NCBI GenBank assembly: GCA_022447555.1
Contig: JAKVBF010000010.1
Location: 205,257 to 269,256, forward strand
Direction of reading: 5' to 3'
Source: Mariniblastus sp.
GTDB lineage: Bacteria; Planctomycetota; Planctomycetia; Pirellulales; Pirellulaceae
DNA: 64,000 nucleotides
The notes beneath the pieces are model-generated. The model saw nothing but the letters and a program-made list of their open reading frames with translations, had not been told where the DNA came from and searched no databases. Positions within the stretch are counted from its first letter, which is position 1. Every line of letters starts with the position of its first letter. Positions 16,575-24,858 of the stretch are shown here, piece after piece. Position numbers and translations under genes: made by a program.

Positions 16575-17576
16575 ATGTTTGTCGACCGCGTTGAAGTAGA
16601 GATTTTTGCCGGTAAAGGTGGCGATGGATGCGTCAGCTTCCGCCGGGAGCGATACGTTGCAAAAGGGGGACCGGATGGTGGTGACGGTGGCGATGGTGGC
16701 AATATTTTAATAGTGGCCAAAGAGGGTGTGAATTCACTGGTTGCCATCGCCCATCGTAAACAATGGAAGGCGACCAAAGGGGTATCAGGAATGGGCTCCA
16801 AGCGACATGGCAAAGCGGGCCAAGACCTGGTACTTGAGGTGCCTCCAGGAACGGTGGTTGTTGACGCTCAAAATCAGTTTGTCATCAAGGATTTGACCGG
16901 TTCTGGAGATTCTGTGATTGCGGCCAAAGGGGGGAAAGGTGGAAAAGGGAATACTCGCTTTAAATCCGCCACGAACCAAGCTCCCAGGCAATGGACGCCC
17001 GGCGTAGAGGGAGAGTCACGCCGAGTGATCCTTGAATTAAAAGTCATTGCAGATGTGGGCTTGGTAGGCAAGCCGAACGCTGGAAAGAGCACGTTGCTCA
17101 GTCGACTGACGAGTGCTAAGCCGGAAATTGCCAATTATCCATTTACGACTAAATTTCCCAATTTGGGAATCGTTCGAGCAGGCTGGGATAATTCGTTCGT
17201 GATTGCAGACATTCCGGGGCTGATTGAAGGTGCGCATCAAGGCGTGGGCCTCGGGCACGACTTCCTCAAACATATCGAACGCGCTGGAATCATGGTCCAT
17301 TTGGTTGAGCCATTGCCGATGGATCAAACGGATCCGGTTGATAATTATATTGCGATTCGCGATGAAGTTGTTCGGTACAATGAGCAATTAGCTAAGCGTC
17401 CGGAGATCATTGTCGTGACCAAATCAGAACTACCGATCGCCGAGGAAGTCCAAAAAGAATTAGCTAAAAAGACCGGTCAAACAGTATTGTTGATTTCAGC
17501 AGTGACGGGGGCTGGTTTGCCGAAGCTGGTTAATAAGATTTCTCAAGCCCTTCAAGAATATCGGGTATGCAATTAA
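16575..17576 (+). CDS. obg: GTPase Obg/CgtA
   Basis: MFVDRVEVEIFAGKGGDGCVSFRRE..GGPDGGDGGDGGN Obg fold, then the GKPNAGKST, DIPG and TKSE G-motifs. The ORF track start at 16551 lies upstream inside the terminator. Confidence 0.95.
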   Translation: MFVDRVEVEIFAGKGGDGCVSFRRERYVAKGGPDGGDGGDGGNILIVAKEGVNSLVAIAHRKQWKATKGVSGMGSKRHGKAGQDLVLEVPPGTVVVDAQNQFVIKDLTGSGDSVIAAKGGKGGKGNTRFKSATNQAPRQWTPGVEGESRRVILELKVIADVGLVGKPNAGKSTLLSRLTSAKPEIANYPFTTKFPNLGIVRAGWDNSFVIADIPGLIEGAHQGVGLGHDFLKHIERAGIMVHLVEPLPMDQTDPVDNYIAIRDEVVRYNEQLAKRPEIIVVTKSELPIAEEVQKELAKKTGQTVLLISAVTGAGLPKLVNKISQALQEYRVCN

Positions 17577-18343
17577 TTGCGGTAGATATCGGGAACAGCG
17601 CCATTAAAGTTGTGGTGCAATCGGAGGCGTCTGATGGCCGCTGGTGTGACCAGTACGTTTATCGGAAGTCAGATCCTATTCAATTAGAATTGCGGCCAAC
17701 ATCGGCGTTATGGACCATTTGCAGCGTTAACCAAGCCGGGCTTGAGACCCTCAAACGCTGGATACAAGAACACCGAGTGAACGATCAGGTGCACGTGATT
17801 TCAGAATCCGATATCACAATCCGATCCAACGTCGAATCTCGGAGTCGTGTGGGATGCGATCGTTTGATTAGCGCTTGGATGGCATTGAAACTTTGCGATG
17901 ATCAAGGCCCAGTCGTGATCGTGGATGCGGGCACCGCCGTCACAATTGACCGCGTTAATGAAATGGGTATTTTCGAGGGCGGTTTGATATTCCCGGGAGC
18001 TACGGCAAGTTTGAGGCAGATGTCGATGGCAGCGGAGGCGCTGCCGGATCTTTCATCGTCCAAAAGCCGTGCGAGAATAGGGAACCTAGAGCGAAAGTCA
18101 GTTGGTCCAGATACTGAGTCAGCGATTTTGTTGGGAGTTTATAAGAGCCAGTTAGCAAGTATGTTATCATTGGTCGAAGAAGTGTCCAAATCGTTTAAAC
18201 GGGAGTGTCAGGTTTATGCAACCGGCGGTGGGATCTTGGCATTAGAGAAATACTTGCCACGCAGTTGGAAAGTGGTTCCCGACCTGGTACTAAAAGGAGT
18301 TCGTGAGGTTGGTTCCGATTTGCTGGGTAAAGATTTAACCTGA
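17567..18343 (+). CDS. coaX: type III pantothenate kinase
   Basis: IAVDIGNSAIKV, DRLISAW and VIVDAGTAVTID motifs. Overlaps the obg stop by 10 nt. Confidence 0.88.
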   Translation: MQLIAVDIGNSAIKVVVQSEASDGRWCDQYVYRKSDPIQLELRPTSALWTICSVNQAGLETLKRWIQEHRVNDQVHVISESDITIRSNVESRSRVGCDRLISAWMALKLCDDQGPVVIVDAGTAVTIDRVNEMGIFEGGLIFPGATASLRQMSMAAEALPDLSSSKSRARIGNLERKSVGPDTESAILLGVYKSQLASMLSLVEEVSKSFKRECQVYATGGGILALEKYLPRSWKVVPDLVLKGVREVGSDLLGKDLT

Positions 18344-18358
18344 CATCAATCATTCCAG

Positions 18359-19489
18359 GTGACCGATCGAATGGACAATGTTTTTTCACAAATCACTCCC
18401 CCAGGACGAGGCGCGGTTGCCACTGTCGGCTGTTATGGGCCGGATGTCTTGGCCATTGTTGATCGTTGCCTTAGAACGGCTGGTCGAGTTGCCTTGCGGG
18501 ATCGTCGCGCCGCTTCGCTGGCATATGGACGATGGAGAGTGGATGGTGGCTTGGGTGAAGATTTGATTGTTGTCCCGCAGGCTGCCGATCGACTTGAAAT
18601 TCACTGTCATGGCGGTACGGCGACGGTCGAGGTAATTTCCGAAGTCTTGATTAATCAGGGGATGCGTCAGGTTCCTTTATTGGATTTGGAATTAGCGAGG
18701 GGCGCGGGTCGGTGGGACGCGGAGCTAACCGTTTGTCTCGGCCACGCACCGACCCAACGAACAGCTAAGTTCATCTTGAGACAGCAGGGCTTATTGAGTC
18801 GGTGGTTGAATGAGCTTCAGTCCTTGATTACGAACCACGATTGGAATCTCGCGATCGAAAACATTGACGAAGTTCTGCGCTGGGAAGCGTTCGGCCAACA
18901 TCTGATCAAGCCTTGGTCAGTCGCATTGTGCGGACGGCCCAATGTTGGTAAAAGCAGTCTCATCAATCGAATTGCTGGTTTTGAACGCGCCATCGTAGAT
19001 CAGACCCCCGGAACAACTCGAGATGTGGTGACTCAGCTGACGGCTGTTGACGGCTGGCCCATTCGGTTACTTGATACGGCTGGGCTCAGATCGGAAACGA
19101 TAGATAAGGTTGAATTAGCGGGTATCTCACGAAGTCGTGAGATGATTGATCAAGCGGATGGCGTAATAGGTGTTTTTGATGCGTCGCAGCCTTGGGATGC
19201 AAACGATCAAGAACTGGCGGATGATCCAGCCGTTGATATCATCGTGTTGAACAAACTCGATATCGAAATTCCCGAGGAGCGTCCGGAGTGTATTCGAGTG
19301 TCGGCTATCTCGGGGGATGGGCTCCCGAATTTGCTGAATCATTTGATTCTTAAATTGATTCCGGTCGAACCGGCAGAAGTCCAACCCATCCCCTGTCATG
19401 CCAGTCAATGGACGCGTCTGCGTCTTTGTCGAGATGCTCTAGCCGGGAAAGACGCCCGGCAGGCGCTCCACGACTTGCTGGGTCGATGA
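18359..19489 (+). CDS. mnmE: MnmE(TrmE)-like tRNA-modification GTPase, short form lacking the C-terminal CxGK end
   Basis: N-domain PPGRGAVATV...EIHCHGG. G-domain GRPNVGKSS, GTTRD, DTAG and NKLD. Only about 75 aa follow G4 and the protein ends ...LHDLLGR. Confidence 0.75.
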   Translation: MTDRMDNVFSQITPPGRGAVATVGCYGPDVLAIVDRCLRTAGRVALRDRRAASLAYGRWRVDGGLGEDLIVVPQAADRLEIHCHGGTATVEVISEVLINQGMRQVPLLDLELARGAGRWDAELTVCLGHAPTQRTAKFILRQQGLLSRWLNELQSLITNHDWNLAIENIDEVLRWEAFGQHLIKPWSVALCGRPNVGKSSLINRIAGFERAIVDQTPGTTRDVVTQLTAVDGWPIRLLDTAGLRSETIDKVELAGISRSREMIDQADGVIGVFDASQPWDANDQELADDPAVDIIVLNKLDIEIPEERPECIRVSAISGDGLPNLLNHLILKLIPVEPAEVQPIPCHASQWTRLRLCRDALAGKDARQALHDLLGR

Positions 19490-19535
19490 TGAAGAAGGAA
19501 GCGCTCAGCGGCTTCGCGAGCGCGTCACTTGAAAG

Positions 19536-21014
19536 CTATTTTTTTTGGGACCAATCGCGACGTTGACGAGAACTGGGAATGTTCATTTTTTGCCGGTATT
19601 TAGTTACGGTCCGTCTGGCGACGTTTAACCCTAATGACTTCAAACGTTTTACAATTTCATCGTCGCTATAAGGTTTCGATTTATTCTCTTCATCAATAAG
19701 TTTTTGCAATGCGAGCCTGATTTTATCCCAGGCGATATCTTCGCCAGCGTCATTGGTTGTACCACCAACAAAAAATCGTTTTAAGGCTAGGATCCCGCGC
19801 GGCGTCTCAATCCATTTGTCATCGACGGCACGACTGACGGTCGTGACATGAACCCCAACTTTGTCTGCAATCTGTTGCATTTTGAGAGGTTCAAGAAATT
19901 CAGGTCCGTCGTTGAGGAAACGTGTTTGGTGATCGACAATTGCTTGAGCGACCCTTGTAAGCGTGTTGCGTCGTTGTTCGATGGACTCGATCAGCCACTG
20001 GGCCGCCGTGATTTTGCGTTTGATAAATTCTTTTTCTTCTGCCGTTGCCTGGCCGTTGGCCAATCGTTGCCGATAATATTTGCTGATGTACAAACTGCGT
20101 GCGGGACCTTCGTCCATTTCGACAATGTAGTTTCCCTGTTCGTCTCTCTTGAGTCGTAAATCGGGTGTGATGGAAGGGACGAATCGGTTCGCGAAGTGAT
20201 TGGCCGGTTTTGGATCGAGCTTTTTAAGTTCTTCCCAAGCTTCTCGAATTTGTTCGATCGTGTAACCCGTTGCTTTTTGGATTTGTGGGAGTCGGTTATG
20301 CTGCAAGTCATCCAGGTGATTTGAAATCAGTGTTCGGACTCGCTTCAGGTGTTTGATGTTTGGGTTGAGTTGCAGCAATAGACACTCGGATAAATCTCTG
20401 GCCGCAACACCGACTGGGTCGAGCGATTGAATGATTGCTAAGGCTTCTTCTGCAATTTCTAGATCTTCGGGGTTGGAATCAACCGGTAGTAAATCCATTA
20501 GACTGGTTCGTAGATAGCCGCCGTCTTCTGCGTTAAGCGAAGAAATAATACGTTGGCACATCCGAAATGTTTTGGCGTCGAACTCATAATCTGCCAATTG
20601 CTCAAGCAAATGTTCTTGCAATGTCTCACCACGGTCCACCACATTGGCCATCATGTCGTGTTGACGGTCACCGATTTCTTGAATGCGGTTGGATGAGGGG
20701 CGTGGCCCGTCAAAATAGTCTGGAACTTCGCGGTCCAAACTCAGTAGTCGTTCGAAATCATCGGCCGTCCCATTTTGCTCATCGATGACCAGCTCTTTTT
20801 GGTCGACGTCTACGTCGTCTGATTTCTCTGCTGTTTCGGTCTGGTTTGCGTCAGGCGCATTGACTTCCAAGACGGGGTTTTCGGCAAGCTCCTGATCGAT
20901 TTTCTCCTCGAGCGCCGCCAAGGGCATTTGCAAAATCTCCATCGACTGGATCATCCGTGGAGCCAGTTTTTGCGTTTGAGATTGTTGGAGGCTTTGGCCG
21001 AGAGAGATTTTCAT
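19536..21014 (-). CDS. rpoN: RNA polymerase sigma-54 factor
   Basis: N-terminal MKISLGQSLQQSQTQKLAPRMIQSMEILQMP (region I), acidic region II, and the C-terminal RpoN box ARRTVTKYRQ. Confidence 0.95.
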   Translation of the reverse strand: MKISLGQSLQQSQTQKLAPRMIQSMEILQMPLAALEEKIDQELAENPVLEVNAPDANQTETAEKSDDVDVDQKELVIDEQNGTADDFERLLSLDREVPDYFDGPRPSSNRIQEIGDRQHDMMANVVDRGETLQEHLLEQLADYEFDAKTFRMCQRIISSLNAEDGGYLRTSLMDLLPVDSNPEDLEIAEEALAIIQSLDPVGVAARDLSECLLLQLNPNIKHLKRVRTLISNHLDDLQHNRLPQIQKATGYTIEQIREAWEELKKLDPKPANHFANRFVPSITPDLRLKRDEQGNYIVEMDEGPARSLYISKYYRQRLANGQATAEEKEFIKRKITAAQWLIESIEQRRNTLTRVAQAIVDHQTRFLNDGPEFLEPLKMQQIADKVGVHVTTVSRAVDDKWIETPRGILALKRFFVGGTTNDAGEDIAWDKIRLALQKLIDEENKSKPYSDDEIVKRLKSLGLNVARRTVTKYRQKMNIPSSRQRRDWSQKK

Positions 21015-21442
21015 AGGTTATTGGAAAGAGAATTGAATGAGATGGTGGCTGGCAACGTGCCCGCCTCTGCAATTCTAGGACCGTAACCCACGAAAGGGGG
21101 AGACGCTCAAGCAAAAATCGGACCGTTTTTTGGTTTTTGTTCGAATTCCCGTGGTTTATGTATATTTAGATCGCCCTAACCCATAAGGTTTACGGCTTTG
21201 GAACCGAAACGAAGAAAGGCTTTCCCCTTCTGAGGTACCCTAGGTCCTACGAAAAGATGACCCGAATCAGATGGCGGTGAGGTTTTTCTTGGTCGTTTCA
21301 GCGGGCATGCTATCTGCTAAGCCGGGGTTGTAAGATTGTATCCCTTCATGGAAGTCAATTTATGAACCGCAATCATTCAGAAGAACTTTCGGGTTGTGTC
21401 ATAATCCGTAAGGCGAGGCAACCGTAGTTTTGGGGATTTGAA

Positions 21443-21841
21443 ATGACGGATACAGAAGATTTGATGAACGGGCAGAAATGGTCGTGTGTCACGATGGTAT
21501 TATTCGGCTGTGTCGTTGTGTTAAGCGGCATATGGCGAATCGTCTCAGCTGACGGTGGCTCTACGGGTTTGTGGTTTGGCTTGATTTTGGGTGGCTTTTC
21601 ATGGTTCGGTGGTTTGCTGTTTTGGAAAGGCAGAAAGGTGCCAGCGTATACGATCAGTTTTTTCTGCATCGCTTTAGTGGGGGGATGGTTTGGTTATGAG
21701 TCCTTTGTCAAGAAAGGGTTTGCAAATTCCGAAGTACGTCAGCTACTCGTGATTTGTTCTAGTTTGGTGACTGCTGTATTACTGGGTTGGTTAGGTTGCC
21801 TTTCAAACGCATCATCGGAGGGTAGTGGCGATGCTCGATAA
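21443..21841 (+). CDS. hypothetical small 4-helix membrane protein
   Basis: 132 aa with four Gly/Trp-rich hydrophobic segments. Overlaps the next ORF by 17 nt. Confidence 0.5.
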   Translation: MTDTEDLMNGQKWSCVTMVLFGCVVVLSGIWRIVSADGGSTGLWFGLILGGFSWFGGLLFWKGRKVPAYTISFFCIALVGGWFGYESFVKKGFANSEVRQLLVICSSLVTAVLLGWLGCLSNASSEGSGDAR

Positions 21842-23210
21842 AAGCCTGCTTGGCTATTTGCATTTAAAATTAGTTTTTTTAATCGTTTCGGCTAGCGGTA
21901 GCTTGGCTTTTTCACAAGTGCGTGACGTGCCAAAAGATGTTCGAGAGACGCTTGATTTAGACACCTTCTATCAAAAATACGCTGATGTCGGTGGGTTGCC
22001 AGTGGTGGGCTCGAGCCAGGTTACGGATGCGGCTCTTATGGAGGCTGTCTGGATCGTCCGCAAGATGATTGGCCAACGCACTGATATTCTCAATGCGATG
22101 GCGAATAACAAAACGCGTTTGGCAGTGATGGCTTATAACGAATACACGACAGATATTCCCGAGCATCGCCATCTGACTCCCCGTGTTTACTGGGATCGGC
22201 GCGCCCGCGGATTGGGAGCCACCCCGAGGGCGCCGGCCGTTACCTGTGCGGAGGAGAATTTACTGGGTTATTTAGGCGACCCTTATCCAACAGAGAATAT
22301 TTGCATCCACGAATTCGCTCACGCGATCCATGAAATGGGGATGAAGACGATAGATCCTTCATTTGATGCGCGTTTGAAGGCGGCTTACGATCGGGCCCGG
22401 GCGAAGGGGATGTGGAAGGATACCTATGCCCTTTCAAATCATCAGGAATATTGGGCAGAAGCCGTTCAAAGTTGGTTTGATGATAACCGAGAAAATGACG
22501 CTTTGCATAATCATGTCAACACTCGTCGAGAACTGATTGAATACGATCCCGATCTTGCCCAATTGTGCAAGGAGGTCTTCGGAAACGGACCATGGAGATA
22601 CAAGCGGCCTTCCCAGCGTCCTGAGGATGAAAAAAAACATTTAAAAGAGTTAAACGTTTCGGCTCAGCCCCTGTTTCAATGGCGAGAGGAGTCGATTTCG
22701 AAAAAACCCAAAGTGTTGTTTCAAACTTCGTTAGGCGATTTTGAATTGGAGCTGGAGTTAGAGAAATCGCCGGAACGGATAAAGGTGCTTCTGACTTATG
22801 TACACCGAGGTTTTTTTTCCAATGGGGAAATTAGGTTGACCCCAAGTCTAGAGAAAAAACTTGCTGGCTCTGGCGGGCTGAGAATGGTTCGGATCTCCGT
22901 GAATTCTCGAGAAAAGAATGAGTGGTTCCGATCCGTTCCGCGGTCGTCGCGGCCAACCGCGAAAGGTTTGGCCTTGGATGGTATCGTGGCGGTAGCCCCC
23001 GGTTGGGGAGCCGCAGGTCGTGATGAATTGGTGGTCTGCTGGGAGGAGTCTTCGGAAACGCGGGCCGCCGGTGGGCTTCCATCGGACTGGGTCGTGCTGG
23101 GAAGCATTCGCAACGGGAAAACGGCTCTCAAGCAAATGAGAAAATGGTTGACTCGCCAAGAATTGACCGATGGGCGCATCGAGATTCAGCGGGCAATTCG
23201 CTTGAATTAA
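21825..23210 (+). CDS. secreted putative zinc metallopeptidase (HExxH) with C-terminal cyclophilin-like region
   Basis: Signal peptide and the HEFAHAIHEMG motif. The C-terminal KVLFQTSLGDFELELELEKSPERIK..GFF resembles the first strands of cyclophilin PPIases, then diverges. Confidence 0.6.
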   Translation: MAMLDKSLLGYLHLKLVFLIVSASGSLAFSQVRDVPKDVRETLDLDTFYQKYADVGGLPVVGSSQVTDAALMEAVWIVRKMIGQRTDILNAMANNKTRLAVMAYNEYTTDIPEHRHLTPRVYWDRRARGLGATPRAPAVTCAEENLLGYLGDPYPTENICIHEFAHAIHEMGMKTIDPSFDARLKAAYDRARAKGMWKDTYALSNHQEYWAEAVQSWFDDNRENDALHNHVNTRRELIEYDPDLAQLCKEVFGNGPWRYKRPSQRPEDEKKHLKELNVSAQPLFQWREESISKKPKVLFQTSLGDFELELELEKSPERIKVLLTYVHRGFFSNGEIRLTPSLEKKLAGSGGLRMVRISVNSREKNEWFRSVPRSSRPTAKGLALDGIVAVAPGWGAAGRDELVVCWEESSETRAAGGLPSDWVVLGSIRNGKTALKQMRKWLTRQELTDGRIEIQRAIRLN

Positions 23211-23236
23211 ATTAAACGAGGCCCTTAAAACTGGCT

Positions 23237-23722
23237 TTATTTTGGTACAGAGGATTTCCGTTTCGCAATGGCACGGTCCAATTGATTAGCAAAGGCTTGC
23301 ACATCCTTCTTGTTGATCGGTTTGGGACCAGTGGTTTCCATGCCGCTTGCGCGAAGGTGATCCATAAGATTGCGTGAAGCTAGCTTGGCTTGAACGTTGT
23401 TGTGATCAAACAACTCACCCCGTGGCCCAATGGCGGTGCCCAGATTTGCAACGACCTGCGCAGCGAGCGGGATATCGGCTGTGATCACGAGGTCTCCTGA
23501 ACTCATTGAGTCGGCGATTTTCTGATCGGCTACATCGAGTCCATGTCGCACCAGCGCCATCTGAATGTAGGGTGAGCTAGGTATCCTTAACGACTGATTG
23601 GCGACCAGTATGGTCTCAATTCGGCAGCGGTCCGCTGTACGAAACAGAATCGTTTTAATATCAGCGGGGCAAGCGTCTGCGTCGACCCAAATGCGGAATG
23701 TTGATTGCGTTGGAGGCGTCAA
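23237..23722 (-). CDS. yaiI: YaiI/YqxD family protein (DUF188)
   Basis: IWVDADACP...ILVANQSLRIP...GDLVITADIPLAA closely matches E. coli YaiI as I recall it. Confidence 0.88.
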   Translation of the reverse strand: MTPPTQSTFRIWVDADACPADIKTILFRTADRCRIETILVANQSLRIPSSPYIQMALVRHGLDVADQKIADSMSSGDLVITADIPLAAQVVANLGTAIGPRGELFDHNNVQAKLASRNLMDHLRASGMETTGPKPINKKDVQAFANQLDRAIAKRKSSVPK

Positions 23723-23895
23723 GGTTCGTTCAATCTAGATTAAGGGACGCGGATGCGAGCGTTGATTTATCTTGGCGGATCGCTGTGCCCGTGGCAACCA
23801 CCGCGTGGATTCGGAAATTGGGATTGGGGGTAAGCTACCGGTTTTGCGAATCAACAAATTGGTAAAGCCTCGTCACCGTAGGAAGATTTAAAAAG

Positions 23896-24561
23896 TCATG
23901 TTTTCCGGATGAGGACAACATCTTCACCATGAAAGTCTAAACAGGCCGACCATTTGTTAGCCAGCCACTGAAACGAATTTGCTGAGAAAAAACTGATGTG
24001 GGTGCGATCGTTTTTATAATGCCACTTCGAAAAGCTTTCTAGGTTTCGGACTCGCTTGGTCATGATTCCCAAAATTCCATTTGGTTTTAATAAAGACCAC
24101 AATCGCTCTAATTCCATCCCCGGTGCCCGTAAATGTTCGACCACTTCACTGGCCGTAATGAAATCATAGGGTGGTTGATCGGCCGAGTCTTGATGATCTA
24201 GAACGCCTTCGAGTTGGTTGTTGTAAAATGGGTCGTAAAGATCCACTTTGTGGCCCGCTTCAGTTAACATGAGGGAGAGTGTTGGGCCTGGACCGCAGCC
24301 GAAATCAAGTCCTCGGGTTGGTACTGATAAAACCGCTTCTAATGGCTCGTATAGGCGCCTTAAAAACCGGCGGTAATTAGGATCTTGAGGTGAGTTTTGA
24401 TGTAGATCGTATTCGGCTTTCTCAAGCTTCAAGCTTAAATGGTATTCTGTGGGCACAAAGACCAGCTGGCAGCAACTACATTGAAGATACGGGCGCCAGC
24501 GATCCTCAAAATAAGGCGTTACCTGAGTTGACTTGCAAAGCGGACAGGAGGGTTCTCGCAT
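23896..24561 (-). CDS. class I SAM-dependent methyltransferase with N-terminal zinc ribbon
   Basis: CPLC...CSCC at the N-terminus. LDFGCGPG SAM-binding motif I. Confidence 0.75.
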   Translation of the reverse strand: MREPSCPLCKSTQVTPYFEDRWRPYLQCSCCQLVFVPTEYHLSLKLEKAEYDLHQNSPQDPNYRRFLRRLYEPLEAVLSVPTRGLDFGCGPGPTLSLMLTEAGHKVDLYDPFYNNQLEGVLDHQDSADQPPYDFITASEVVEHLRAPGMELERLWSLLKPNGILGIMTKRVRNLESFSKWHYKNDRTHISFFSANSFQWLANKWSACLDFHGEDVVLIRKT

Positions 24562-24858
24562 GCGATTGTAGAGCCGCAGGAGCAGGCGACTTCTCCTGAT
24601 GAAATATCGAATTATGAAACGCTCGATTGCCTTTCGAATGGTTCAGAGAATCCCACGTTTTAGCGAGTCTTGCAATCCCCCGAGTGGTTTTAGAGGGTCC
24701 GACGAGGGCTTAATACTTTTTTGGTTGGGGTGACTTTGGGGAGTTGCTGTCTAATCAGACTCTGGAAGATAGACTATAAAGAGCGTTTGGGTTGGACTTA
24801 GCCAGCCAGATAGAATCTCAGGGCTGGAACTCTGCTAAAGTCTTCGCGACAGATTGAA

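Noticed and set aside
21135-21165. GTTCGAATTCC and other TTCGAA-containing stretches (also ~48795-48815 and ~57141-57160) checked as tRNA T-arms
   Set aside because: The flanking bases do not form T-stems, and no acceptor or anticodon arms could be drawn. No tRNA gene is supported in the window.
22796-23179. Three overlapping antisense ORFs (127, 83 and 103 aa) inside the 3' part of the HExxH gene
   Set aside because: All three minus frames are open only because the plus strand is G-rich and poor in TTA/CTA/TCA. This is a compositional artefact, not overlapping genes.
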